Shown here: piece by piece, positions 18,934-29,612 of the stretch
Layout: every line of letters begins with the position of its first letter
How positions within the stretch are numbered: the first letter of the stretch is position 1
From: a virus
Taxonomy: Duplodnaviria > Heunggongvirae > Uroviricota > Caudoviricetes
Reading direction: 5' to 3' (one strand)
Length of the DNA stretch: 64,000 nt
IMG/VR virus record: IMGVR_UViG_3300042514_001345
The notes under the pieces: generated by a model
What the model saw: only the letters and a program-made list of their open reading frames with translations
Told to the model about the DNA's origin: nothing
The model's database searches: none
Made by a program: the position numbers and the translations under genes

Positions 18934-19773
18934 ATGTCAGCATTAGATGCAATTCTCAACCAGTATGAGAAAAACAAACAACCAGCGGGAGCAGCCCAAA
19001 GAGTTAGTTCAGAAGAGAGATTGAAAAAGTATTTCGCACCCATCTTAACAAAAGGTGTGTCTTCTGGAGAAAAAAGAATCAGAATCATCCCAATGAAGGA
19101 TGGTACATCACCATTTAAAGAGGTATGGTTCCACGAAATCCAAGTGGATGGTAAGTGGGTTAAATTATATGACCCAGGAAAAAATGAAGGTAAGCGTTCA
19201 CCTTTAACCGAGGTAAACGAAGCACTTCGTAGCACAGGTAATGAAGCCGATAGAGAATTGGCTAAAAATTACAATCCTAAACGTTTTTATATCGTTAAAG
19301 TTATCGACAGAGATAATGAGCAAGACGGTGTTAAATTCTGGAGATTTAAGCACAACTCAAAAGGTGATGGTCCTCTAGATAAAATTGTGCCAATCATGCG
19401 CAATAAGGGCGATATTACAGACCCTAAAAATGGTCGTGACTTAGTTATTTCATTAACATTAACTAAGAAGCCAAGTGGCGGAGAATACACAACCATTTCA
19501 TCAATTTTCCCAGATGATGCTAGTCCAATCAGTACAAACGAAGGACAAGCAACAGAATGGTTAATGGATGATTTAACATGGGCAGACGCGTACTCTAAAA
19601 AGCCAGAAGAATATCTAGAAGGTGTTGCTAAGGGTTATACCCCAAAATGGAACACTGAAGAGAAGAAATGGGTTTATGGTGACGACGGACAAGTTGACTT
19701 GGGAGCGACTGAGACACAGAAATTAGTTGATCCACAAGACACTGATGAGGTAGACGAAGATTTACCGTTCTAA
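18934..19773 (+). CDS. Single-stranded DNA-binding protein (T4 gp32-like) with a bacterial SSB-type acidic tail
   Basis: VKVIDRDNEQDGVKFWRF, DITDPKNGRDL; C-terminus DEVDEDLPF. Confidence 0.85.
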   Translation: MSALDAILNQYEKNKQPAGAAQRVSSEERLKKYFAPILTKGVSSGEKRIRIIPMKDGTSPFKEVWFHEIQVDGKWVKLYDPGKNEGKRSPLTEVNEALRSTGNEADRELAKNYNPKRFYIVKVIDRDNEQDGVKFWRFKHNSKGDGPLDKIVPIMRNKGDITDPKNGRDLVISLTLTKKPSGGEYTTISSIFPDDASPISTNEGQATEWLMDDLTWADAYSKKPEEYLEGVAKGYTPKWNTEEKKWVYGDDGQVDLGATETQKLVDPQDTDEVDEDLPF

Positions 19774-19783
19774 TTAAGATGTT

Positions 19784-19833
19784 GAGGGCCCTTGTCAAAT
19801 TTTAATCTAAGGGAGACAAGGGTCCCTCTTTTT
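19784..19833 (+). terminator. GC-rich hairpin plus T tract between ssb and uvsX (terminator or attenuator)
   Basis: GAGGG-CCCTTGTC / GACAAGGG-T-CCCTC followed by TTTTT. Confidence 0.65.
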
Positions 19834-19846
19834 AAAAAAAAATATT

Positions 19847-20857
19847 ATGGCAATTAAGAAAAACGATTTTTCAGCAATAAAGAAAAAATTCTCAAAAGAG
19901 GCGTCATTTAAGCCAGATAGATTCTTTGATCTTGGTGACGCATTCTCAGACGCAGTAGGTATACCTGGACCAGCTATGGGGCATTTAAACATGCTTCTAG
20001 GGCATTCTGATACTGGTAAGACAACAGCATTGGTAAAAACGGCGGTAGATGCACAAAAGAAAGGTATATTACCAGTGTTTATCATTACAGAACAAAAATG
20101 GGATTTTCCACACGCAAAACTTATGGGTTTTGAAGTTGAAGAAAGCATTGACAAGGAAACTGGAGATAAGACATTTGATGGATTTTTCTTATTTAACAAT
20201 CACTTTGAATACATTGAACAAATTACTGATTATATTGGTGAATTATTAGATGCACAAGATAAAGGTGAATTGGATTACGATTTATGTTTCCTTTGGGATT
20301 CGGTAGGGTCAGTTCCATGTAAGATGACTTTTGATGGTAAAGGTGGTGCACAACATAACGCCAGAGTATTATCAGATAAAATTGGTCAAGGAATTAATCA
20401 AAGAATTTCAGGTTCAAGAAGAAGTGATAAGAAATTTACAAACACACTAATTATAGTAAACCAACCTTGGGTAGAGTTACCAGATAATCCATTTGGTCAA
20501 CCTAAAATTAAAGCTAAAGGTGGCGAAGCCATCTGGTTAAACTCAACATTAGTTTTCCGTTTTGGTAATGAAAAAAATGCCGGCACAACTAAGATTGCTA
20601 TCACTAAAGATGGTAGAAAAGTTAAAATGGCTGTAAGAACTAAAATCTCAATTATGAAAAACCACGTAAATGGTTTAGGATATGAGGATGGTAAGATTAT
20701 TGTTACAGCACATGGTTTTATGCCGGGTAAGTCAGAACCAGAAGAGAAGAAAAGTATTGAAGAATACAAAAAAGATTATGGTAACTATATTAGTGAAAGA
20801 TTAGAAGTTAGTATTGACGAAATTTCTAAACTAAAAGTTGTCACAGAAGAGGAATAG
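19847..20857 (+). CDS. uvsX: RecA/UvsX-like recombinase
   Basis: Walker A GHSDTGKT, Walker B LWDSVGS, IIVNQ, KGGEA, KNHV. Confidence 0.9.
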   Translation: MAIKKNDFSAIKKKFSKEASFKPDRFFDLGDAFSDAVGIPGPAMGHLNMLLGHSDTGKTTALVKTAVDAQKKGILPVFIITEQKWDFPHAKLMGFEVEESIDKETGDKTFDGFFLFNNHFEYIEQITDYIGELLDAQDKGELDYDLCFLWDSVGSVPCKMTFDGKGGAQHNARVLSDKIGQGINQRISGSRRSDKKFTNTLIIVNQPWVELPDNPFGQPKIKAKGGEAIWLNSTLVFRFGNEKNAGTTKIAITKDGRKVKMAVRTKISIMKNHVNGLGYEDGKIIVTAHGFMPGKSEPEEKKSIEEYKKDYGNYISERLEVSIDEISKLKVVTEEE

Positions 20858-20885
20858 TTTTTTAACATTATAATTTAAATTTTAA

Positions 20886-21899
20886 ATGTCTGTACTGCTT
20901 GTTGATGGTGACAATTTACTTACGATTGGTTTTTTTGGTGTCAAAAATTACTTCTATAAGGGAAAACATATTGGAGGAATTTATCATTTTCTCAATACTC
21001 TTAGAAAATCATTTGAGACATACCACCTAGACAAGATATGCGTTTTTTGGGATGGTGCCGACAGTGCCGCCACTCGGAAAAAAATTTACCACTTATACAA
21101 AGACACAAGAAGAAGTAACAGATGGACGGATGAAGCACAAAGTTCATACGGTTATCAAAGAGTTCGAATTAAACAATATCTAGAAGAGTTATACGTACGC
21201 CAAGGCGAATATCAAAATTGCGAATCAGATGATTGTATTGCCTATTATTCACAAAATTCACCCAAAGAGAAAAAAATCATCTATTCATCAGATAGGGATT
21301 TAGCACAATTAGTTTCAGTTGATACTGATTTATATAATCCAGCACATGGCAAAATATATAAACCAGGGGATAATATTGAATACGACCATGAAACAATCTT
21401 AATTGAAAATGTTAAAATTGTAAAAATGCTGTGCGGAGACCCATCTGATAACATATTTGGTATTAGAAACTTAGGACTGAAAAGGATGATTGGGTTATTT
21501 CCTGAAATGCAAACAAAAATTTTAACACTTAACGAGGTTAGAACTAAAGCAGAAGAAATATGGCAAGTGGATAAACACAACAAAACCTTACAGAATTTAC
21601 TTACTGGTGTTAGCAAATTAGGGGTACTAGGTGAAGAATTTTTCGAAACAAATGAAAAAATAGTTGATTTAACGGAACCAATATTAACTGATGATGCGAA
21701 AACGCAAATACTTGACTTAATAAATGAAACATTGGATTCCGAAGGGCGATCATATAAAAATACTATGAAAATGATGATGGATGACGGGATGTTCACCGTA
21801 TTACCCAAACAAGAAGACGCCTGGATAAAATTTCTAAACCCCTTTCTGAGGTTAACCAGAAAAGAAAAAAATAAAAAAATAATAAAATTTAAAATTTAA
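20886..21899 (+). CDS. 5'-3' exonuclease / flap endonuclease (T4 RNase H / Pol I 5' nuclease family)
   Basis: LLVDGDNL, VFWDG, ESDDCIA, SSDRDLAQL, H3TH motif GDPSDNIFGIRNLGLK. Confidence 0.9.
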   Translation: MSVLLVDGDNLLTIGFFGVKNYFYKGKHIGGIYHFLNTLRKSFETYHLDKICVFWDGADSAATRKKIYHLYKDTRRSNRWTDEAQSSYGYQRVRIKQYLEELYVRQGEYQNCESDDCIAYYSQNSPKEKKIIYSSDRDLAQLVSVDTDLYNPAHGKIYKPGDNIEYDHETILIENVKIVKMLCGDPSDNIFGIRNLGLKRMIGLFPEMQTKILTLNEVRTKAEEIWQVDKHNKTLQNLLTGVSKLGVLGEEFFETNEKIVDLTEPILTDDAKTQILDLINETLDSEGRSYKNTMKMMMDDGMFTVLPKQEDAWIKFLNPFLRLTRKEKNKKIIKFKI

Positions 21900-21902
21900 A
21901 AC

Positions 21903-22346
21903 ATGAACATCCAAGAACAAAACAAATTTGAATTCCTTTTGACGTTGGACAATAACATCATCTGCCAAAGATTTTTTAATGTCCACGACTATAACCCAGT
22001 TAGTAGACGGTCTATGGACCTGCACTATTATATACAAGATATTTGTGTAGAAATTAGTGAGGATTTAAAAATAAAAAGTTCCAATTATTTGGTTGAAAAT
22101 CAAAATTATATCCTGAATTCGACATACGTGGAAGACCCAAAAGAAACCGAAGAACAATACTTTTTGTTACAAGTGAAACAAGGTAACGATGTATTTATTG
22201 AAAGGATTTTCCTTGCGAGTGTGTTCCATCCAAAAGTGAGATACTCGGTTGACATTAGACCAAATTTGAGAAGAATTTTATCTGATTTAACTGACATAAT
22301 GTCAAGAGAAGACCTAGAAACGGTATATCTACAGTATGAACTGTAA
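21903..22346 (+). CDS. Hypothetical protein (147 aa) in the replication operon
   Basis: Tightly packed co-oriented ORF. Confidence 0.8.
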   Translation: MNIQEQNKFEFLLTLDNNIICQRFFNVHDYNPVSRRSMDLHYYIQDICVEISEDLKIKSSNYLVENQNYILNSTYVEDPKETEEQYFLLQVKQGNDVFIERIFLASVFHPKVRYSVDIRPNLRRILSDLTDIMSREDLETVYLQYEL

Positions 22347-22382
22347 GATATAGTTATTTAATTTAATTTAAAAAAAAAGATT

Positions 22383-23768
22383 ATGTCGAAAGAAATGAAT
22401 TTTGGTTATTTGGGTCCTAGATTCCAACAATCATTATTAAAAACAATTATTGAAGATAAAAAATTCGGTGATTCAATTGTTGAAGTTATCGAAAGCAACT
22501 ACTTTGATGGTGTGTATTTTAGAGTGATTATGGAACATATTAAAGAGTTGTATATAACCTTAAATTCAATACCAGCTTATGAAACTATTAAAAATAAAAT
22601 TTTAATTGAAACAAAAGAAGGTTCATCGTCTTCTAAAGTTATTATTGACACATTAAGTGATATTCAAACTATAGAAATTAACGATGCATTGCACATTCAA
22701 GGCAGTGCCCTTAATTTCTGTAAACAACAAGTGTTAAAGAAAGCATTAAAAGAAGTTGAGGCGATAACTAATGACGGTGAATTTGAAGCATACAAAAGAA
22801 TTGAAAATATTATTCAAAAAGCACTACAGGTTGGTGTGATTGATCATGATATGACAGATATTTTTGACGATGTCATGTCGGCATTACAAAAAGATTGTAG
22901 AACCGCTATACCAACAGGTGTTGTGGGCGTTGATAACTTATTAAAGGGTGGTCTAGGTAGAGGTGAGTTAGGTGTGGTATTAGCACCAACAGGTACTGGT
23001 AAAACAACGTTACTAACCAAGTTTGCGAACGCAGCGTTTAATAATGATTTTAATGTTGTTCAAATATTTTTTGAGGATAACGTCAATAATATTAAAAGAA
23101 AGCATTTTACAATTTGGTCTGGGATTGCGCCAGACGACCAAACAGAAGTTCCTGAAGAGGTTGAAAAAAGAGTTAATGAAGCCAAAGAAAGGTCTAAAGG
23201 TCAAATTAGGTTATTAAAATTACCTAGTGATTCTGTAACCGTTAGTGAAATTAAATCTAAATTAAGAAAGATGATTGCCGATGGTTTTAAAATAGATTTA
23301 TTAACACTGGACTATGTTGATTGTATTTCACCAGAAAGAAGTGCATTTGGTGAAGAATGGAAAGGTGAAGGTGCTATTATGAGACAATTGGAATCGATGA
23401 CTTCTGAGTTTGATATTGCAATCTGGACTGCAACACAAGGTAATAGAGAATCAATTAAAAGCGAAGTAGTTACAACGGACCAAATGGGTGGTTCTATTAA
23501 GAAAGCACAAATTGGTCACGTAGTTTTATCTATTGGTAAAACATTACAACAAAAAGAATTAAATTTGGCAACTCTTACATTGTTAAAATCTAGAGTTGGT
23601 AGAGATGGTGTTATATTTGATAACTGCCACTTTAACAATGAGTATTTAACGATTGATACTGATTCACAAAGCACTATGCTTGGTTTTGAACAAGACAAAG
23701 AAGAAAAAAACAAGCAAAGAATTAGAAAACTATTAGACGAGAAAACAAAAACTCGCGTAACTAACTAA
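22383..23768 (+). CDS. Replicative DNA helicase (DnaB / T4 gp41 family)
   Basis: Walker A APTGTGKT, LDYVD, WTATQGNR, SIKKAQ, LLKSRVG. Confidence 0.92.
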   Translation: MSKEMNFGYLGPRFQQSLLKTIIEDKKFGDSIVEVIESNYFDGVYFRVIMEHIKELYITLNSIPAYETIKNKILIETKEGSSSSKVIIDTLSDIQTIEINDALHIQGSALNFCKQQVLKKALKEVEAITNDGEFEAYKRIENIIQKALQVGVIDHDMTDIFDDVMSALQKDCRTAIPTGVVGVDNLLKGGLGRGELGVVLAPTGTGKTTLLTKFANAAFNNDFNVVQIFFEDNVNNIKRKHFTIWSGIAPDDQTEVPEEVEKRVNEAKERSKGQIRLLKLPSDSVTVSEIKSKLRKMIADGFKIDLLTLDYVDCISPERSAFGEEWKGEGAIMRQLESMTSEFDIAIWTATQGNRESIKSEVVTTDQMGGSIKKAQIGHVVLSIGKTLQQKELNLATLTLLKSRVGRDGVIFDNCHFNNEYLTIDTDSQSTMLGFEQDKEEKNKQRIRKLLDEKTKTRVTN

Positions 23769-23782
23769 AAAAACAATAAATT

Positions 23783-24757
23783 ATGGTAGAGAAAATTTTG
23801 GTTGAAAACCCAAACCGATTTGTTTTGTTCCCAATAGAACATGAGGATATTTGGAAATTGTACAAACAACAAGAAGCGTGTATTTGGACAGCAGAAGAGA
23901 TTGATTTAGGTCAAGATATTACTGACTGGGAGCATAAACTTAATAATGATGAACAACATTTTATTAAGAATGTGTTGGCATTTTTTGCGGCATCGGATGG
24001 TATTGTTAATGAGAATTTAGCAATGAACTTCGTAAATGAGGTTCAATATACTGAAGCAAAATTTTTCTACGGATTTCAAATAATGATGGAAAATATCCAT
24101 AGTGAAACATATTCATTATTGATTGACACATACATTAAAGATAGAGAAGAACAAATGCATCTTTTCCGTGCAGTAGATACAATCCCAGCAATTAAAAAGA
24201 AAGCTGATTGGGCTATTAAATGGATTAATTCTGAATCTTTTGTTGAAAGATTAGTTGCGTTTGCGGCTGTTGAAGGTATCTTTTTTTCGGGTTCATTTTG
24301 TTCTATCTTTTGGTTAAAAAAGAGAGGTCTAATGCCTGGATTAACATTCTCCAATGAATTAATTTCTAGAGACGAAGGTATGCATTGTGATTTTGCTTGT
24401 CATTTATACAACAGTCATATTGAGAAAAAAATACCTGAAAAGAAACTTAAAGAAATCATTGTTAGCGCATTAGAAATTGAGAAGGAATTTATATTAGAGG
24501 CGTTACCTGTTAGATTAATCGGTATGAACTCAGATTTAATGTCTCAGTATCTTGAATTTGTCACAGACAGGTTATTAGTTGCTTTAGGTTGTTCTAAAGT
24601 ATACAACGTAGCGAATCCATTTGACTTCATGGAGAATATCGCTATTCAAGGTAAAACCAATTTCTTTGAAAAAAGAGTTGCTGAGTACCAAAAAGCAGGA
24701 GTACATAATAAAGCTGAAGAAGAACTTGACAGCGCATTTTCTGACATGGATTTTTAA
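23783..24757 (+). CDS. nrdB: Class Ia ribonucleotide reductase small subunit
   Basis: [54 protein letters not shown]. Confidence 0.97.
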   Translation: MVEKILVENPNRFVLFPIEHEDIWKLYKQQEACIWTAEEIDLGQDITDWEHKLNNDEQHFIKNVLAFFAASDGIVNENLAMNFVNEVQYTEAKFFYGFQIMMENIHSETYSLLIDTYIKDREEQMHLFRAVDTIPAIKKKADWAIKWINSESFVERLVAFAAVEGIFFSGSFCSIFWLKKRGLMPGLTFSNELISRDEGMHCDFACHLYNSHIEKKIPEKKLKEIIVSALEIEKEFILEALPVRLIGMNSDLMSQYLEFVTDRLLVALGCSKVYNVANPFDFMENIAIQGKTNFFEKRVAEYQKAGVHNKAEEELDSAFSDMDF

Positions 24758-24768
24758 AATAATAAAAA

Positions 24769-27180
24769 ATGAAGGTAAAAAAAAGAAACGGTGAATTAGA
24801 AGAAATGAGATATGACAAAATTACTAAAAGAATTAGTGCCCTTTGTCATGACTTAAATTTGGAATATATTGACCCAACATACATCACTCTTAAAGTAACG
24901 CAAGGGATATATGATGGAATTAGTACATTAGAGTTAGATAAACTAGCGGCTGAAACCGCCGCATCAATGACAACAACTCATCCAGATTACGCAAAATTAG
25001 CTGGTAGAATTGCTGTTTCAAATTTACATAAATCAACACCAAATAAATTTTCACAATGTATTAAACAATTATATTCTTTCAATGAACCTAAAACTGGAAA
25101 AGAATCATCATTGATTTCAAAAAATCTATATGATTTTGTTTTGGAAAACAAAGAAGTAATTGACTCAGCGATTGATATCGAAAGGGATTTAGATTTTGAT
25201 TTTTTTGGGATTAAAACTTTAGAAAGATCATACCTATTAAAGATTGGCGAAAAAATAGTTGAAAGACCACAGTATCTTTATATGCGAGTTGCTATGGGTA
25301 TTTGTAATGGTGATTTAGAAATGGGCTTAAGGATCTATGATGATTTGTCTACTCATTTATATACACACGCAACACCAACATTGTTTAATGCCGGAACACC
25401 AAAGGCACAAATGTCATCATGTTTCTTATTAGCGAATAAAGATGACAGTATCGAGGGGTTGTTTTCAACAATTAAAGACGTTGCACACATATCTAAATGG
25501 GCCGGTGGTATTGGATTACACGTTCACAATGTTAGAGCAAAGGGTGCGTATATAAAGGGTACAGGCGGTGAATCTGATGGCTTAATCCCTATGATGAAGA
25601 CATACAATGAAATTGCTCGTTGGATTAATCAAGGTGGTAAACGTAAAGGTTCATTTGCAATTTATTTAGAACCTTGGCATTCAGACGTTTTTGAATTTAT
25701 TGAATTAAGAAAAAATACTGGTAAAGAAGAGATGCGTGCTAGAGATTTATTTTTAGCAATGTGGACTCCAGATTTATTCATGAAGCGAGTTGAGGAAGAT
25801 GGTGATTGGTCACTATTCACACCAGACGAAGCTCCAGGTTTATCTGATACATATGATACACCAGAAGAAAAGAACTTTACAAAATTATATGAACAATACG
25901 AACAAGAAGGTAGAGCGCGTAAAGTTGTAAAGGCAAGAAAATTGATGGATAAGATTTTAGAAGCGCAAATGGAAACAGGTACACCTTACATGTTGTACAA
26001 AGACCCTGCAAATTATAAATCAAACCAAAAGAATTTAGGTACAATCAAGTCATCTAACTTATGTACTGAAATTATTGAATATTCATCTGCCGATGAACAA
26101 GCGGTTTGTAATTTAGCGTCAATCGCTTTACCAAAATATATTATTAATGGTGAGTTCAATCATGAATTATTATATGAAACTACTAAGCAAATTGTTAGGA
26201 ACTTAAACAATGTGATTGATTTAAATTATTACCCGACAGAAGAAACTAAACGTTCTAACTTTAGACACAGACCAGTAGGTTTAGGTATTCAAGGTTTAGC
26301 AGATATTTTCTGTTTGTTAGGTATTGCATTTGAAAGTGAATTGGCGGATAAAATCCAAGTGGAAATTTTTGAAACAATTTATTTTGCTGCACTAACATCT
26401 TCAATGGAGATAGCACAAAAAGAAGGTGCTTATGAAACATTTGAAGGATCACCTTTATCTCAAGGTATTTTACAATATCAAATGTGGGGTAAAACTGATA
26501 AGGACACTTCAGGTAGATGGGACTGGAAATCACTAAGAAAAGAAATCATCAAATTTGGTGTTAGAAACTCGTTATTAGTTGCACCTATGCCAACGGCATC
26601 TACAGCACAAATTTTGGGTAACAATGAAGCGTTTGAACCATTCACAACAAATCTTTACTTGAGAAGAACTTTAAGTGGAGAATTTGTTGTAATTAACAAA
26701 CATTTAGTAAAAGATTTATTAAAGATTGGTATGTGGAACGATACCATCAAAAATAAATTAATTATGGAAAATGGTTCTGTTCAAAATATCCCAGAAATTC
26801 CTACAGAATTAAAAGAGATATATAAAACCGTTTGGGAAATGTCACAAAAAAGAATTATCCAAATGGCTGCAAATCGCGCTGTTTATATTGACCAATCACA
26901 ATCTATGAATTTATTTATGGACAATGTGACAAAACCAAAATTATTGGCGGCACACATTTATGGTTGGAAAATGGGTTTAAAAACCGGAATGTATTATTTA
27001 AGAACTCGTTCAGCGGTAGATGCTATAAAAAGTTTAGGGGTGGATATTTCAGCCACAACACCAAAACCAGAACCAGTGCAAGCACAAACGACGAATTCAA
27101 TACATTTTGAACAAAACGATGCAACCTTGACAGCAAAACCAGACGATTCACCATTTGAATGTGTTGGTTGTGGTTCATAA
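24769..27180 (+). CDS. nrdA: Class Ia ribonucleotide reductase large subunit with ATP cone
   Basis: N-terminal VKKRNG ATP cone, ATPTLFNAG, SSCFL, SNLCTEI, VCNLAS, PTASTAQI, YYLRT, C-terminal CVGCGS. Confidence 0.97.
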   Translation: MKVKKRNGELEEMRYDKITKRISALCHDLNLEYIDPTYITLKVTQGIYDGISTLELDKLAAETAASMTTTHPDYAKLAGRIAVSNLHKSTPNKFSQCIKQLYSFNEPKTGKESSLISKNLYDFVLENKEVIDSAIDIERDLDFDFFGIKTLERSYLLKIGEKIVERPQYLYMRVAMGICNGDLEMGLRIYDDLSTHLYTHATPTLFNAGTPKAQMSSCFLLANKDDSIEGLFSTIKDVAHISKWAGGIGLHVHNVRAKGAYIKGTGGESDGLIPMMKTYNEIARWINQGGKRKGSFAIYLEPWHSDVFEFIELRKNTGKEEMRARDLFLAMWTPDLFMKRVEEDGDWSLFTPDEAPGLSDTYDTPEEKNFTKLYEQYEQEGRARKVVKARKLMDKILEAQMETGTPYMLYKDPANYKSNQKNLGTIKSSNLCTEIIEYSSADEQAVCNLASIALPKYIINGEFNHELLYETTKQIVRNLNNVIDLNYYPTEETKRSNFRHRPVGLGIQGLADIFCLLGIAFESELADKIQVEIFETIYFAALTSSMEIAQKEGAYETFEGSPLSQGILQYQMWGKTDKDTSGRWDWKSLRKEIIKFGVRNSLLVAPMPTASTAQILGNNEAFEPFTTNLYLRRTLSGEFVVINKHLVKDLLKIGMWNDTIKNKLIMENGSVQNIPEIPTELKEIYKTVWEMSQKRIIQMAANRAVYIDQSQSMNLFMDNVTKPKLLAAHIYGWKMGLKTGMYYLRTRSAVDAIKSLGVDISATTPKPEPVQAQTTNSIHFEQNDATLTAKPDDSPFECVGCGS

Positions 27181-27211
27181 TATAATGGGTGGCACCTAAA
27201 AAGTCACAATT

Positions 27212-27247
27212 ATCGCGACATTTTTTAATAAAGTGTCGCGATTTTTT
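27212..27247 (+). terminator. Intrinsic terminator after nrdA
   Basis: ATCGCGACA / TGTCGCGAT stem followed by T run. Confidence 0.85.
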
Positions 27248-27273
27248 ATTTATTACCATTTCGGTATTCTTTA

Positions 27274-27281
27274 TATTTATT
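27274..27281 (+). promoter_or_regulatory. Candidate late promoter TATTTATT
   Basis: 3 nt before ATG 27285. Confidence 0.55.
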
Positions 27282-27284
27282 GGT

Positions 27285-27737
27285 ATGGCAACATCCTATG
27301 GTATAGATTTCCCATTTAGGGATAGTATGGTCGGTGACTTTGTTAGAATGACAAAAACCCCCGAGCAAGAGATTAGAGCGAATCTAATACACCTTATATT
27401 AACAAAGAGGGGTACTAGATATTTTTTACCTGATTTTGGTACTAGAATTTATGAATATATTTTTGACCAAAATGATGTTATCACCTTTAACCATATTGAA
27501 GACGAAATAAGAGAATCGGTAAAAAAATACATTCCAAATTTAGATATAAATTCAATAAAGGTTGTTAACGCTGAAAATGATCCAGATGAACAGGTTAGTG
27601 TTAGTGAAGATGAAGATAGTCGATTATTTAGAACATCTGATTCATCAAACAAACCTTATACAGCAAAAGTAAGAATTGATTATACAGTAAATAATGGGGC
27701 ATTTGGTTCAAGTGATTTTATAATTATTAACATATAA
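27285..27737 (+). CDS. Baseplate wedge protein (T4 gp25-like); start revised to 27285
   Basis: YGIDFPF, IRANLIHLILTKRGTRYFLPDFGTRIYEYIF. The ORF-track extension from 27189 crosses the nrdA terminator. Confidence 0.88.
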   Translation: MATSYGIDFPFRDSMVGDFVRMTKTPEQEIRANLIHLILTKRGTRYFLPDFGTRIYEYIFDQNDVITFNHIEDEIRESVKKYIPNLDINSIKVVNAENDPDEQVSVSEDEDSRLFRTSDSSNKPYTAKVRIDYTVNNGAFGSSDFIIINI

Positions 27738-27738
27738 G

Positions 27739-29568
27739 ATGAGTAAAAAAATATCGTACACGAATAGAGATTTCGCGGGAATTAGAGAAGAGTTAGTTAA
27801 TTTAACAAAAGATTACTATCCCGAATTAATTAAAAATACAAATGACGCATCAATATTTTCGGTGTCATTGGATTTAAATGCCGCTGTTGCGGATAACTTA
27901 CATTACCATATAGATAGGGTTTGGCAAGAAACTATGCTGGACTTTGCTCAACAAAAACAATCATTATTTCATATAGCAAAAACATACGGAATTAGGGTTC
28001 CAGGTCAAAGACCGGCCGTTTCATTATGTGATTTTAGTATTAATGTACCAGTTAGAGGTGATAAGGATGATGAAAGATACGAAGGTATCTTAAGAGCTGG
28101 CGCTCAAGTGTCTGGGGGTGGTCAAATATTTGAAACAATTTCTGATATTGATTTTTCTAACCCATTTAATGACAGAGGAGAACCAAACAGATTAAAAATA
28201 CCAAATTCTGATGCCAATAATAAATTGATTTCATATACGATTACAAAAAGAGAAGCTGTTGTTAATGGTGTTACTAAAATTTTTAGAAGAGCAATCACGC
28301 AAAGAGACCAAAAACCATTCTTAAAACTCTATTTACCTGAAAAAAATGTTCTAGGAGTTACTTCAATTATACATAAAGAAGGAACGTCTTTCGGTGCTAA
28401 TCCAAATGCTTCTGAATTTATTAGTTCAACAAATAAATGGTATGAGGTTAAAACACTAATACAAGATAAAGTATTCATTAAAGACCCTACAAGCACTTCT
28501 GACAAAAAGAATTTTGTTGCAGGTACAAATGTTAAGGTTTCAAATAAATTTATTACAGAATATACACCAGAAGGTTATTTCTCATTAACATTTGGTTCAG
28601 GTAATGTTGATCCATTAGATAATTTGGACAACTATATTACAAGTAATTTAAAGGTTAACCTAGGAACATATCTAAATAATATGTCAATGGGTACAATTCC
28701 TAAAGCAAACACAACCTTATTTGTAAAATATAGGATTGGTGGTGGTAAGGAAAGTAATCTAGGGGTTGGTGTTTTAACAACGGTAGAAAATGTTGATTTT
28801 GTGATGACGGGTCCTTTAAGTTCTATAAATAACCAAGTATCTCAATCATTACAAGTTACAAACGTAACACCGGCTGTGGGTGGGGCGGATCAACCAACTG
28901 TTGAGGAATTAAGAAATATGGTTGCATATAATTTCGCAGCACAAAACAGAGCAGTTACGCTTAATGACTATAAATCATTGATTGAAAATATGCCATCAAC
29001 ATTCGGGGCTCCGGCCAAAGTTAATGTAATGGAAGAAAACAACAGAGTGAGAATTAAGTTATTATCATATGATGAGAATGGTAACTTAAGTGATACAGTT
29101 TCTAACACCCTAAAAAACAATATTTTAAATTACTTGTCGGAATATAGAATGATTAACGACTATTTGGATATTGTTAGTGGTGAGGTTATTGATATGGGTT
29201 TAGAAATCGATTTGGTGGTTGATAAAAACCAAAACCAAGCAGATTTATTAAGAGAAGCGATTACTAAAATAACAGCTTATTTCTCAATCGACAAACGTAA
29301 GATGGGAGACCCATTATTTGTGGGTGATTTGCAAAAAGAAATCAATGATATTTCTGGTATTGTCAACGTGGTCAGTATTAGAGTTTTTAATAAAATTGGT
29401 GGAGAATATTCAACAGCACAGGTTGCTCAAGAGTCAAATCCTATAACAAAAGAAATTGTACAATCTGATTCAACCATATATATGAAAGCAAATCAGATAT
29501 TTCAAATCAGATTTCCAAATAAAGATATTAAAATAAGAGTTAAAACCTTAGGTTCCACTACATACTAA
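27739..29568 (+). CDS. Baseplate wedge protein (T4 gp6 / baseplate J-like)
   Basis: YTNRDFAGIREEL, YRIGGG..SN, GGADQPTVEELR, AQNRAVTLNDY. Confidence 0.88.
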   Translation: MSKKISYTNRDFAGIREELVNLTKDYYPELIKNTNDASIFSVSLDLNAAVADNLHYHIDRVWQETMLDFAQQKQSLFHIAKTYGIRVPGQRPAVSLCDFSINVPVRGDKDDERYEGILRAGAQVSGGGQIFETISDIDFSNPFNDRGEPNRLKIPNSDANNKLISYTITKREAVVNGVTKIFRRAITQRDQKPFLKLYLPEKNVLGVTSIIHKEGTSFGANPNASEFISSTNKWYEVKTLIQDKVFIKDPTSTSDKKNFVAGTNVKVSNKFITEYTPEGYFSLTFGSGNVDPLDNLDNYITSNLKVNLGTYLNNMSMGTIPKANTTLFVKYRIGGGKESNLGVGVLTTVENVDFVMTGPLSSINNQVSQSLQVTNVTPAVGGADQPTVEELRNMVAYNFAAQNRAVTLNDYKSLIENMPSTFGAPAKVNVMEENNRVRIKLLSYDENGNLSDTVSNTLKNNILNYLSEYRMINDYLDIVSGEVIDMGLEIDLVVDKNQNQADLLREAITKITAYFSIDKRKMGDPLFVGDLQKEINDISGIVNVVSIRVFNKIGGEYSTAQVAQESNPITKEIVQSDSTIYMKANQIFQIRFPNKDIKIRVKTLGSTTY

Positions 29569-29612
29569 TAGTTTTTTTACTTATATTCTACATTAGAAAA
29601 TCAGTAGGTTTC

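Noticed and set aside
22383-27180. Inteins or introns in helicase, nrdB and nrdA
   Set aside because: Lengths are normal, motifs are contiguous, and there are no splicing or homing-endonuclease signatures.
27189-27284. Longer ORF-track starts (27189; also 54106, 61806, 62623, 63549)
   Set aside because: The extensions run through terminators, promoters or structured leaders; downstream ATGs fit the promoter motifs and domain starts.
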